NCBI GenBank assembly: GCA_028023455.1
Contig: JAQFVV010000003.1
Span: 25,172,001-25,236,000 of the forward strand
Direction: 5' to 3'
DNA length: 64,000 bases
Origin: Epiperipatus broadwayi
Lineage: Eukaryota > Animalia > Onychophora
In this document: positions 1 to 10,528 of the stretch, piece after piece
How positions within the stretch are numbered: the stretch's first letter is position 1
Layout of the letters: each line of letters opens with the position of its first letter
Notes under the pieces: generated by a model
Database searches by the model: none
What the model was told of the DNA's origin: nothing
What the model saw: the letters and a program-made list of their open reading frames with translations, nothing else
Position numbers and translations under genes: made by a program

Positions 1-1109
1 AATTTAATTTTGAATTTTAAGACATATTTTCATTCTTTTATTATATCTCAATTATTTCATTTTAAAAATGAAGTTTATAAGAAATATTTCATTCAATAAT
101 TTTTATGAATAGGCAAGATTATGATCCCATATAAAAAAAGCAAAACATGACCAAAATTGAAACTAGAGTTTTTGAAATAAAAGTGGGAGTAGTGAGGCCT
201 TAAAATGACTCATTAAATCATAATATAATCTGGAAAAATGTATAATCTTCTCTATGAGTATAGACTTTTTAAAAAAAATTGAAATGACTCATCTCTTGTA
301 GATGTATTTCATTCTATGGTTAGTTCATAAATATCTTGTTACTCATATTACCATGTGACCTTTACTCTCCACAATTTATATCCATATATTCATTTATGTT
401 AATAAATATTTGAGAATATATTGACATTTATGTGACCAATAGAGATTATTCTGGAATCTTTATTTTTCAATCAAGAACAAATAGATGTAAGAATAAGCAG
501 ATGTCTATTTATTGATTAATAATGAACAGTTATTTGGATTGACTACTAGTGAACTAACCTGAAAAAATTGTGAGATTATGAAAATTTTTCATCTATCTAA
601 AAAAATTTCTGAACTCCATCCAGTTCATTTGAATCCCAGGTCGTGGGAATAGTATGGAATACATTGAATGCAACATTATGAGATTTTGCATATATTACCA
701 AGAAGCAACTAAGAATAATTGCAATATTTATTGTATTACCAGTTGCTCAGAAGTGAAGTGATGTTTATGCATCACATTATAACCCAAAGCAAAATATATG
801 CATTATTAATTAACCAAATTGACCTTTTTTAACTTTTTACTCATTTATAAACCAATATAGCAAGTCTACTTTTTTGAAGACTTCTGTTATAAGCCATTAA
901 ATAAAGTGTTTATGACTCTAAGAACTTTTTATCCTTTTCCTTTTTTTAAAAAAAAACTCATTTTGCTTCTGTATGGCAAACTCACAAAATTTTACTCTCA
1001 AATAATGGACTCATCCAAACTAAGTTTTCAAGATTAGAATAAATGATGAATATAGCTGGCCAATAAAATAACAGTAAAACTAAATAAATAGCCAATAGCA
1101 TAAAAAGAC

Positions 1110-1430
1110 CATGTGGAAAATAAAATGATTGAATCTGATTGTTCCCAGTAAGCATAGGTATCTCATTATACACTCATATTCATTTGAAAAGGGTAAGGCA
1201 GACAACTTCAGACAACTGTCTGTCACTAGAGAACAGTAACTGCATTGGCTATTATATGGCGAAATGCAATGAGGCATGTTCAAGTCTTGAGGAGAAATCT
1301 ACTAACTATTGACAATATCCTAGCTGCATATGAGGCAAGCCACCTGAAGGGTCAAAGTGTCATGATTCAAAAGAGCAATTGCCAACTATAACAGAGATAA
1401 AACTCTGTATTATAAATAGTGTTTATATAT
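1110..1430. repeat. Dispersed repeat, copy 1 (homologous to about 3225-3600)
   Basis: Shared blocks in the same order: gaatctgattgtt (1131 vs 3264), cagtaag, ttcatttga, gacaactgtc, gaatgca(a/g)tgaggcat(g/a)ttcaag, aagccac, ccaactataa..gagataaa. No product recognisable. Confidence 0.55.
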
Positions 1431-3224
1431 TTTCCTATTGTAAATACTTTAAATAAAAATTTTAACATTTAGTTCCTTAATTATGTGTTACTATTGAATG
1501 AAACATTATTCTGGACAAAGTAGATATAAACACAACACTATCCATTTTCCAAAACCTTGCAGTGGAAGAGTGACAGATTCAAGAGTTAAACATTCTTAGA
1601 TATAAATTAGTCCAATCACTTCCAATGCTCAAACATTATATGACATAATGCACATTGACACATTCGATTGCCTCTGCCTTATGTAGTTTAATGCAATATT
1701 CTATGATAATAATGAACTCAAGAGCTACATATCTCTAGATCACAGCTGAATTTGGGTCAAGTGATAGAATGATGGACTCAGAATTAAAGATTTATGGTCA
1801 CAGCTTGTCTCTGTCACTTTTGATATTCAAATATTATATGAAGTACTGTGTGACAAATCACATAATTACTTCTGTATTGTGTAGTTTAGTGCATTGATAA
1901 AATGGCTGACTTTAGTAAGAATATATGGATCTCAACTTGTCATTAGATTTCTTTTTTTTTTTTAATTTCCTGAAAACTGTTAATCTAAATCAAGATTTAC
2001 GTCCAACATTTTTCTCTAAATCGATTCCATATATTAAGGATTATCAACTTTTGTATTTTTTCAAACTCTAAAATTGTTTGAGCACTTATTAAACCATTAC
2101 ACAATTAAATTTTAAATATAGTTTGTTAATAACAAGGATGTCCTGAATTGTAAATTATCTTTAATCAAACTAAATATATTAAAATCTGAATAAACGTAAT
2201 TAAATTAACAATTTAAAGATTGATGGATAGATTTTAAAACTATTAATAATTCCTAAAATAAATGAAACTTTTTTACTTCCTATTTTTTATTATTAATTAT
2301 CTCGCGGTCTAATTTTCCTTAAATCTCATTATTCAAATATTTCACTATTAAAAAACTCTTAACAACTAGAGAGTTTCGATAGTAAAATCTTCTTGCCAAG
2401 TGAAGCTAAAAATAGATTATAACCAACTCCGTAATGCATAATTAAAAAATTGAAATCTCAAAATATGTTCTTGAGGTATTTTGAAAACATTCCTCACCAA
2501 TAAACAATCTAGACAATAAATTTTAATTACAAGTATTTCAGAAGAATGCTTTGACATAATGTCAGCTCTTAAAGTTGATATCATATTCATTCACTGCAGG
2601 AATTCTATGGCATAAAACAACTTACGTGAGTGTGTGTGCATATATAGAAATTATTTTCGTCCTTAGCATTAGAGCTTGCAATAATTATGAAGGAATCGAT
2701 GAGTCATATATTTATCTATAAATAACACGTATTAGTCCCAAAGTTTACTTATTTGAATCTAGCAATAATGACTTTTAACTTCTACAGAATCTTTTTATTA
2801 TTATTATGAACGATTGTATGTTCCATCATAATTTTAACTACATCTTCCCAATGAAAGTAATTACTATTGTGCCTCTTTAAAAGGACTTTGAGAACATCAC
2901 TATAACGTTCCTTACTCACTATACAATTTATTTGGGGCCAACACACTTCAAAAGATTGGAGTTTCTTATAAGTACTAACAATCTATGAAGCTTGATAAAT
3001 ATTTTCTAGTCATTCTTTTTTTTTTTTTTTATAAAAACAAATTTCATTTTTTATCAGTACGTTTTTTGCTTTTAATATTTAAAAGTTCGTTTTTTTTTTT
3101 ACAATTTTTCCACCTGATATTAATATAAAAACAATATGGCTGAATATATATGTAGTGAATTCATACTACCTCATTTTAAGCTTATCTTCAAAGAATGTAA
3201 TCAAGTTACAATAAAACTGATCAA

Positions 3225-3600
3225 TGAAAATAAAATACAGACCAATTATAAAGCTAGGTCAGTGAATCTGATTGTTTTCAGTAAGAATGAGGATCTTGTT
3301 ACACACAGTTTCATTTGAGAGAAATCAGACAATAGCGACAACTGTCAGATGTTGAATAGCAATAAATATGTTGTCCACAAAATTGTAGAATGCAGTGAGG
3401 CATATTCAAGCCTGCAATAGGAATCTGCTAGCTACAATCATAATCATACCTGCACATGAAGAAGCCACTCATAAACTGTAAGTGAAAAGAAAGTCATAGC
3501 ATTTCTTACCAAACATTGGCTGTATTACTAAAAACTAAATTTGCATACTTTACCAACTATAATGGAGATAAACCATTATATCTAAACATTTGCATATATT
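3225..3600. repeat. Dispersed repeat, copy 2 (homologous to about 1110-1430)
   Basis: Same shared blocks as copy 1. ORF 3136-3318 overlaps it but has no recognisable motif. Confidence 0.55.
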
Positions 3601-4485
3601 TGTGTGCCAGTATTATACAATAAGATATGATTTATTTCTGGGTTAGCCAATCATATCCAGGACTATGAGAATTTGAACAGACTTAGCAATGGAATATACC
3701 GACCTGTCTAGTTATTGAATATATATTTTAATAGCAGCAACAATTCACTATTCATCCATCTCAATTACAGCTTTATTCAGAATAAAATAGATAAACATTA
3801 ATTTATATTTAATAGATAAATAAAAAGAAATATTTATTTTCATGTTTTTTGAATAGCAATTATTAAATTTATTAAAAGAGCAAAATTCATTAAATGATAG
3901 TGTGGTCAGTTCCTAACATTTTTAAATAATAAAAATAAGAATATTCATTGTTTGACAAAGGTAGTTATAAAGAAAGAAAAGTATAAAAAGTGAATAAAAT
4001 AAATAATTTTTCTCTGTCTTCAGTAATTTTATTTCTCTATATGTTTATCATTTTTTTAAAAAAATAAGAAAATTTAAGATATTAATATTCTTTTTAAAAA
4101 AATGCTCTTGCTAATTAATTAGTTGTTTTTTCTTCTCTTTTTATCTTTCTAAAAAGATGAAAAATGTTTTGCAAAATTAAAAAACTATCCTGTTTTTAGT
4201 AATTAAGAAGAAAAAAATTCAGAATAATTTTTCACTAATTAGGTTATAATTGGAATTTTTTAATTTTAAAAAAGACAGAAATAATCATTTTATGAAAGGA
4301 GGCTCAATTAATCAGGATTTAATACTGTCATTTCTGAGATAGTATGTGATTAGATGGATAACAAGATTACTTTAAAAAAAATAGTTGGGGTGAAGGCAGT
4401 CGATTTCAGTATTTAGTCAATAACAGTCATTCTTGGTCTAACTATTGAAAAGAAAACAACAATAGCAGCTCATCTCTTTAAAGAA

Positions 4486-5260
4486 CAATGAGAAGCTTGT
4501 AATATAAAGTTGAACTGATCTCACTTTTGTTTTCAAAAATAATTTCTGAAATGGAAAGAAACTCTCTGTCACACTTTAGTTAAAAGCTGACCATCACCAA
4601 TTTAACATGTAACCTGTCACTCTAAAAAAAATGTAGAAGAACATCCTATGACAAATTTGCAACAAACCTTCTATGTTCATCCAAAATCATGACTATCTCA
4701 GCCTATGCTAACCTGACATGTAAATTTTTGATAATCTGGTGATGATACTCTGGATATGAGCTACTTCCATAAAGACCTTTAGACTAATTACTTTGTACCT
4801 ATTTACATTTTTCCAGGTATCTGAAGTATATGAGAGATTACTCAAAATAACTAAAATTTTATAATAAAAAATTGTTCATCTATTTTTAAGTGTTATAAAT
4901 TTAATCCCTTTCAAATCATTAAATATTTAATGCAATTCACTGTTCTAAATATGTTTTCAATTTTTCAAAGAATTCAGAAACACTTGCAAAATGATCCCTT
5001 TTAATGCCTGTGGCATTTTTCCTACCATTTTTGCCCACAAAAAAAAATTTGAGGCATTTTTCATTCAAGAGAATTTTTTCAAAATCATCTGAAGTAAGAT
5101 TGATTGAATATGGCTGACAGACAAACTTGGTCATGCTGAATTTAATCAGTGTTTTACACTCAAGGCTTTGAGAGATGATACTTTGTCAGAGTGAAGCTTG
5201 CACTCTTCTTTTTGCCAAAATATGAGATGTTTTACTGCATCACATAAATGTTTCAGAACT
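4486..5260 (-). pseudogene. Possible highly decayed hAT transposase C-terminal remnant
   Basis: Minus-strand 4577-4486 translates KCDREFLSISEIIFENKSEISSTLYYKLLI, loosely like the hAT dimerization motif (xCERxFSxxxxIxxxxRxxLxxxxxxxLL). The upstream ORF 4937-5134 is not diagnostic. Weak. Confidence 0.2.
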
Positions 5261-5639
5261 AGCAGATAAAATCCAAAAACATTACAAACTAAATCTGACA
5301 GAAAAATGTCACTTTCATTTTAAAAAAATCAGCTTTACTTTGACTTTGGATTTCACATGCTATGATTGTTGGAGATATTGTGAATTTAACATTTTAATTA
5401 AATCACTCAAAAACTTGTGTCTTTATAAGATCAGCTTGCTTGTAATCTGTTTTAAGCATTACAACTATTTTCCTTGCTGTTTTTTGTAAACAAAAACATA
5501 AATTCACATTTGCATTTTTATATTGGACTATTTCCATCATCTAATATATGTATTGAATGTCTTTAGAAAAATTTAACTTTTATTTAAATATTCCAAATAC
5601 ATTCAACTGTTAGTAATAGCACATTAATCAGGTTAGTAT

Positions 5640-5793
5640 ATGCACAATGTTATGAGGGGAATTATTCTCCCCTCTTCTTCAGATGTTGTTGGCCTGACAA
5701 GTGGCAATACTAGCATGGGATTCAAACCTGGACCTTTAGATTCTTGGGCATTAAATTTTAGGTAATGCTTTAACCATCTGAGCCATCATTGTT
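5640..5793 (-). mobile_element. tRNA-derived SINE-like fragment (Pol III A and B boxes) followed by a hairpin
   Basis: Minus strand: A-box-like TGGCTCAGATGG (5785-5774), B-box-like GGTTTGAATCC (5728-5718), about 45 nt apart. Followed by CTGAAGA and a 7-bp GAGGGGA/TCCCCTC hairpin (5674-5654). No complete cloverleaf, so not a tRNA gene. Confidence 0.5.
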
Positions 5794-5927
5794 TGAAATA
5801 GTTCAAACTTCCAAATATGTGAAATGCACTTTACAAAAAAAATGCTATATGGTACCATGATTTCACACAGTAGTATCATTTGACATATTGATGCAGAAGC
5901 ATTCCTGCAAGAAGTATGTAACAGCAG

Positions 5928-6310
5928 AAGTATATATTACAATATAACAGGTGCACAAACCAGAGAACAATTCCAGTCATTTTTGGGTACGATCTCATAT
6001 AATTGACCAATAAGAATTTGCAGTAGAAATTAATATTGGTTGTTTTTCAAAAAACAACTTTCAGCTAATAATTAATTACTAATCCTTTTCTTAACTGAAA
6101 TTAACTTATTTCTATAATTATAAGTATATATTACAATATAACAGGTGCACAAACCAGAGAACAATTCCAGTCATTTTTGGGTACAATTTCATATAATTGA
6201 CCAATAAGAATTAGCAGTAGAAATTAATATTGGTTGTCTTTCAAAAAACAACCTTCAGCTAAAATTACTAATCCTTTTCTTAACTGAGATTAACTTATTT
6301 CTATAATTAT
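5928..6310. repeat. Tandem duplication, two copies of a 194-bp unit
   Basis: aagtatatattacaatataacaggtgcacaaaccagag... begins at 5928 and again at 6122. The copies are nearly identical through ...ttatttctataattat. Confidence 0.95.
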
Positions 6311-6422
6311 TTAAATTCAAATATATTGTTTAGAAGAAATTTGAACTCAGACTTTTAAGCTCCCTACAGCTATATACTCCATCTTATACAGCTGATACAC
6401 ATGGCCACATATATGTAAAAAA

Positions 6423-6490
6423 GATAAATGAACTTCAATATATGAATTTCATGCTGAACCAGCATTCATTAGTTGGTCCAGATCATCATC
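6423..6490 (-). ncRNA. Minimal type I hammerhead ribozyme, family B (core G5 to A, probably inactive)
   Basis: Minus: gatgatgatctggaccaa CTAATGA atgct-ggttc-agcat GAAA t-tcat-a-TA ttgaagttcatttatc. Stem II ATGCT/AGCAT is fully paired and GAAA is intact. Confidence 0.75.
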
Positions 6491-7030
6491 TCCCACACAT
6501 ATACAATCAGTGCTCAGTTTATATTAAGATAGTAAATCTTCAAACTTTAATGAACAGACTTCAATCTTCTCCACCTTCTAATTCTTCAGTCATCCATATT
6601 ATTGAAAATCTGATGATGGAATGCTCAAAGCCCCTGTTGATGCCAATATTATTGTTACATCCATATTGGCTTTAATGACTCTGACCCCTCATGTATAGGA
6701 TCTTAATATGTCCATTCCAATATACAGAAGAGGATGGGCTGAATACAGGTTGATATGTTGTTTAAATAGTATATTGTCTATACTGAACATAATGTAATTA
6801 GAAATGATTTCAATTCAGACTTTCAAGATCCTTACAGCCATTTACTTCATCTTATACAACCAAACATGACCACACATATGTCAAAAAGATAAATGATCTC
6901 CAATATATGTATTTTGTTTATGGATGGCTGAAGAGTTGGAAGGTGAAGAAGATTGAAGCCTGCCCATTAAAGTTTGAAGATTTGCTAATTTAATATAAAC
7001 TAAGCACTGATTATATATATATATATGAAA

Positions 7031-7104
7031 GATGATGATCTGAACCAACTGATAAGTGCTGATTCAGGACAATATATATATATATATATTGGCAATCATT
7101 TATC
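7031..7104 (+). ncRNA. Degenerate family B hammerhead with (TA)n-expanded stem III loop
   Basis: gatgatgatctgaaccaa CTGATAA gtgct-gattc-aggac aata(ta)n ttggcaatcatttatc. Core and stem II are mutated. Confidence 0.6.
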
Positions 7105-7509
7105 TTTTTCACATGTATAGTCATGTGAATTGGTTGTATAAGAATGGAGTGGATACCTGTAGGAAGCTTGAAAGTCTGAGTTTCAAATCCCTTCTAATTA
7201 TATTAAGTTCAGTATAAACAATATACTTGTGTTTAAATATTACATATTCAATCTGTAGTCCGCCCATCCTCTTCTGTCTATTTGGACATAGTAAGGTCTT
7301 ATGCATGAAGAGTCAGAGTGACTTAATGTCAACATGGGTATGACAATAATATTGGCATCAACAGGGGCTTTGAGCATACTATAATCAGATTCCCAATGAT
7401 ATGGATGGCTGATGAGTTAGAAGGTGGAGAAGATTGAAGCCTGTCCATTAAAGTTTGAAGATTTTCTATCTTAATATAAAATTAGCACTGATTATATATG
7501 TGTGTAGGA

Positions 7510-7577
7510 GATAATGATCCGGACCAACTGTTGAGTGCTGGTTCAGCACAAAGTGCATATATTGGAGATCATTGATC
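7510..7577 (+). ncRNA. Degenerate family B hammerhead
   Basis: gataatgatccggaccaa CTGTTGA gtgct-ggttc-agcac AAAG tgcata TA ttggagatcattgatc. Stems I and II intact, core mutated. Confidence 0.7.
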
Positions 7578-9724
7578 TTTTTCACATGTATGTGGTCATG
7601 TGTATTGGCTGTATAAGATGGAGTGAATAGTTGTAGGTAACTTGAAAATTTATATTCAAATCCCTTCTAATTCTAATTGCAGTGTCTATTTCAAACATCA
7701 AACATGTTATTCTAAATTATTTCAAATTAATACATAGAAATAAACAGTTTTTTAAAACTCGGTTTGTGACTAAAAATATTGTAATTAAATCTAAATGCAT
7801 ATATTGCAATGTCAGTTTTAAAAATCTAATATACTTTCAGTGTGTTGGCCTTACATTCAAGATTATCAAATTATAACAATGAATATACAGTGAATCAGCG
7901 GACCAATAACATTCAAGTAAATAAAACTAAAGATTATTCGAATGTTATTGAATGGTGAGTTGTTAAAATATTGATAGTTGTAATTATGATGTTGACATGT
8001 TAAAAATATACTAGGTTTTTCAAATAATTATTCAAGTATATATTTCATTATAGTACATATTGGTAGTAATTCAATCTATTGTTTGCATATACTACAAATG
8101 TGCAGTATAACCTAATAGCATAAAAAGGTAAAAGTAAACCACTTTATATCTATAGAAATATGATTAATTTTCACCAATATTGTATTACAATAGTATTAAT
8201 TTTGTTTTCATACTTAATGCATCACTATTTATTTGACCATCTCAAATTCAACCAAAAATGCACTTCAGCTAACAATAACCAGATACCCAGTAACTGACTA
8301 AATATAAATGTTAATTAGTCAATTACAGATAAATTATGTTAAAACAAATCCTAGGTCTATTTGTAACCTATAAGAATTTCAAATTTTGCCAGCTGAATTT
8401 GAATCACCAATAATGACAATGGTACCAATATATATATTGTGAGTGCAAATTTTATACAGTTAATTAGCCAGCTATAATCTTTTATATAAATTACCATATA
8501 GAGATAATTGTAATGGAGAATATATGAGAGTGGTATAGTAGAGAAATATTGCTTGTGAACATGATATGGAGATTCAAGTGTTTGATAATTTGGCACATCT
8601 GATGATAATTGTTACTGAAATATAATATGTAGTTAGAGAAACTGATTTGTCTTTTATACTGATTACAATATGGAGGAATTGAGATGAGGAATGCATGATG
8701 CACTGATAAAAAAACTGATAAAAGAACTTTGAAAATGACTATCATAATATATATATATATATTTATATATAAACCATGAAAATGATTGTCATATGATTTA
8801 ATAATATAAATTATTTTAAAATTATGATGCCATACTAATCTCTGATGAAAGCAAATTTCAATAAAATCAGGAAAATTATTATTATTGATAAACAGATAGT
8901 GCATCACAGTATTTAAAACATTAAACTAATCTTTGACACTACTCATTATATACTAGACACTGAACTCATGTTTATTTTTAATTAGTTTTTTAAACTCTTA
9001 TTTTACCCATTTGTCTTTGGCCTACCCAATTTCTTATTTTACAAATCATATTAGCTTGCTCCAAAAAAGGCTGTGCTTTATTTCTTTATTAATGTATTTA
9101 TCTGCATATGAATACTGAAGAACTCATGGTATAGTGTTTAATTCATTTTGAATCTAGATGAAGTAGAAAATTTTTCAGGTAACTGAGGATTTTAAGCAAG
9201 TCATCCAATTATAAAGATTGATTTCTAAGTAAATATCTAGTTACCCTTAGTTTAATTATAAAAACAAATAAGAAATACCATTAAAAAACTCTCACAAACC
9301 AACAGATGATTTGCTCTTGCTGTTCCTACATGTAATGTCACTGGAAATCATTTGCCCTGTTATTTAAAGTTGTTTCACTTTTTGTATATAGAATATTGTT
9401 TTTCCATTTTTGTTTTACAATGAATATTTTAATTATTAACACTTTAAGAGTTAAACACAAAGTAATGGCAAATTGTTACTGACAATATTTGGGTTTTTTT
9501 TTTTATTGCTTGATCAATATCAACTGTCACAATTATAATAGGATGTTTGGTTATTAACCACAATTCCATGTTCAGAGATAATTTACATCAACAAAACTGC
9601 TTTTCAATGTACTATATTGCATACACACTATAAATAAAGGAGATTTGAACTCAAACTTTAAAGTCACTTTACTATCCACACTAGCTAATACTACTGATAC
9701 ACACAACCACACATATGCAGAAAA

Positions 9725-9792
9725 GATAAATAATCAGTAATAGACATATTTTATGCTAAACCAGCACTCATCAGTTGATCCAGATTACTATC
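9725..9792 (-). ncRNA. Family B hammerhead (CTGATGA intact, GAAA to AAAA)
   Basis: Minus: gatagtaatctggatcaa CTGATGA gtgct-ggttt-agcat AAAA t-atgt-c-TA ttactgattatttatc. Confidence 0.7.
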
Positions 9793-10460
9793 TTTCATAC
9801 AAATAAATAATCAGTGCTCAATTTATATTAAGATAGCAAATCCTTACACTTTAATGGACAGGCTTCAATCTACTCCAATCTCTAACTCTTCAGCCATCCA
9901 TACCCTTGAAAATCTGATGATAGAATTCCCCAAATCCCATGCTGCTGCCAATATTGTTGTCATATTCATGTTGACCTGAAGTCACTCTGATCCCTCGTGT
10001 ATAAAACAGTATCCATTTAAATACATAGAGGGATGGACAGCTTGCAGGCTTAATATGTAAGATTTGAAATATCAGGCACTCTTAAACCTGAGCCTAATTG
10101 TAAATATAAGGGATATGAACTCAGACTTTCAAGCCACTTCACTATTCACACTATCTCATACTACTGATACACATGACCACACACATGCAGAAAAGATAAA
10201 TAATCACCAATATGCACATTTAAATATATGTATTTAAATGGATACTGTTCTATACATTAGGGGTCAGAGTGACTTCAGGTCAACATGGGTATGACAACAA
10301 TATTGGCATCAGCATGGGATTTGGGAATTTTTATCATCAGATTTTCAATGGTATGGTTGGCTGAGGAGTTAAGATTGGAGTAGGTTGAAGCCTGTCTATT
10401 AAAGTGTAAGAATGTGCTATCTTAATATAAACTAAGCACTGATTATATATATGTATGAGA

Positions 10461-10528
10461 GATAATAATCTGGACCAACTGATGAGTGCTGGTTTAGCAC
10501 AAAATATGTATATTGGTGATTATTTATC
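10461..10528 (+). ncRNA. Best-preserved family B hammerhead (single core change, G12 to A)
   Basis: gataataatctggaCCAA CTGATGA(10479-85) GTGCT-ggttt-AGCAC AAAA(10501-04) T-atgt-A-TA / TTGG tgattatttatc. Predicted cleavage after 10512 (AUA). Confidence 0.8.

Larger units (their letters stand above)
6330..7672. mobile_element. Family B HHR-bearing non-autonomous retroelement (retrozyme/Penelope-like), locus B1: about 1.25 units on minus joined to about 1.6 units on plus
   Basis: Left arm 6330-6918 repeats with period about 468 (tcagac ends 6352 and 6820). Right arm 6919-7672 is its reverse complement, period about 481 (tatggatggctga at 6919 and 7400). Contains three HHR motifs and one truncated one. 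Confidence 0.85.

Noticed and set aside
540-780. Translation loosely resembling a hAT C-terminus (IIAIFIVLPVAQ)
   Set aside because: No CERxFS motif and multiple stops, so unsupported.
6610-6660. CTGATGA on the strand opposite the family B HHR (also about 9856), a possible second antisense hammerhead
   Set aside because: No consistent stem II plus GAAA or stem I partner across copies, and the motif is lost in the 7385 and 47635 copies.
7401-7450. ggCTGANGAg with variable N (6928, 7409, 10361) upstream of the true HHR
   Set aside because: It is followed by purine-rich sequence with no stem II and no GAAA/stem III arrangement.
8591-8632. cacat CTGATGA taattgttact GAAA tataat atgt, hammerhead-like
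   Set aside because: Stem II is weak, the U16.1 position is an A, and it is single-copy here. It could be chance in AT-rich DNA, though worth a genome-wide search.
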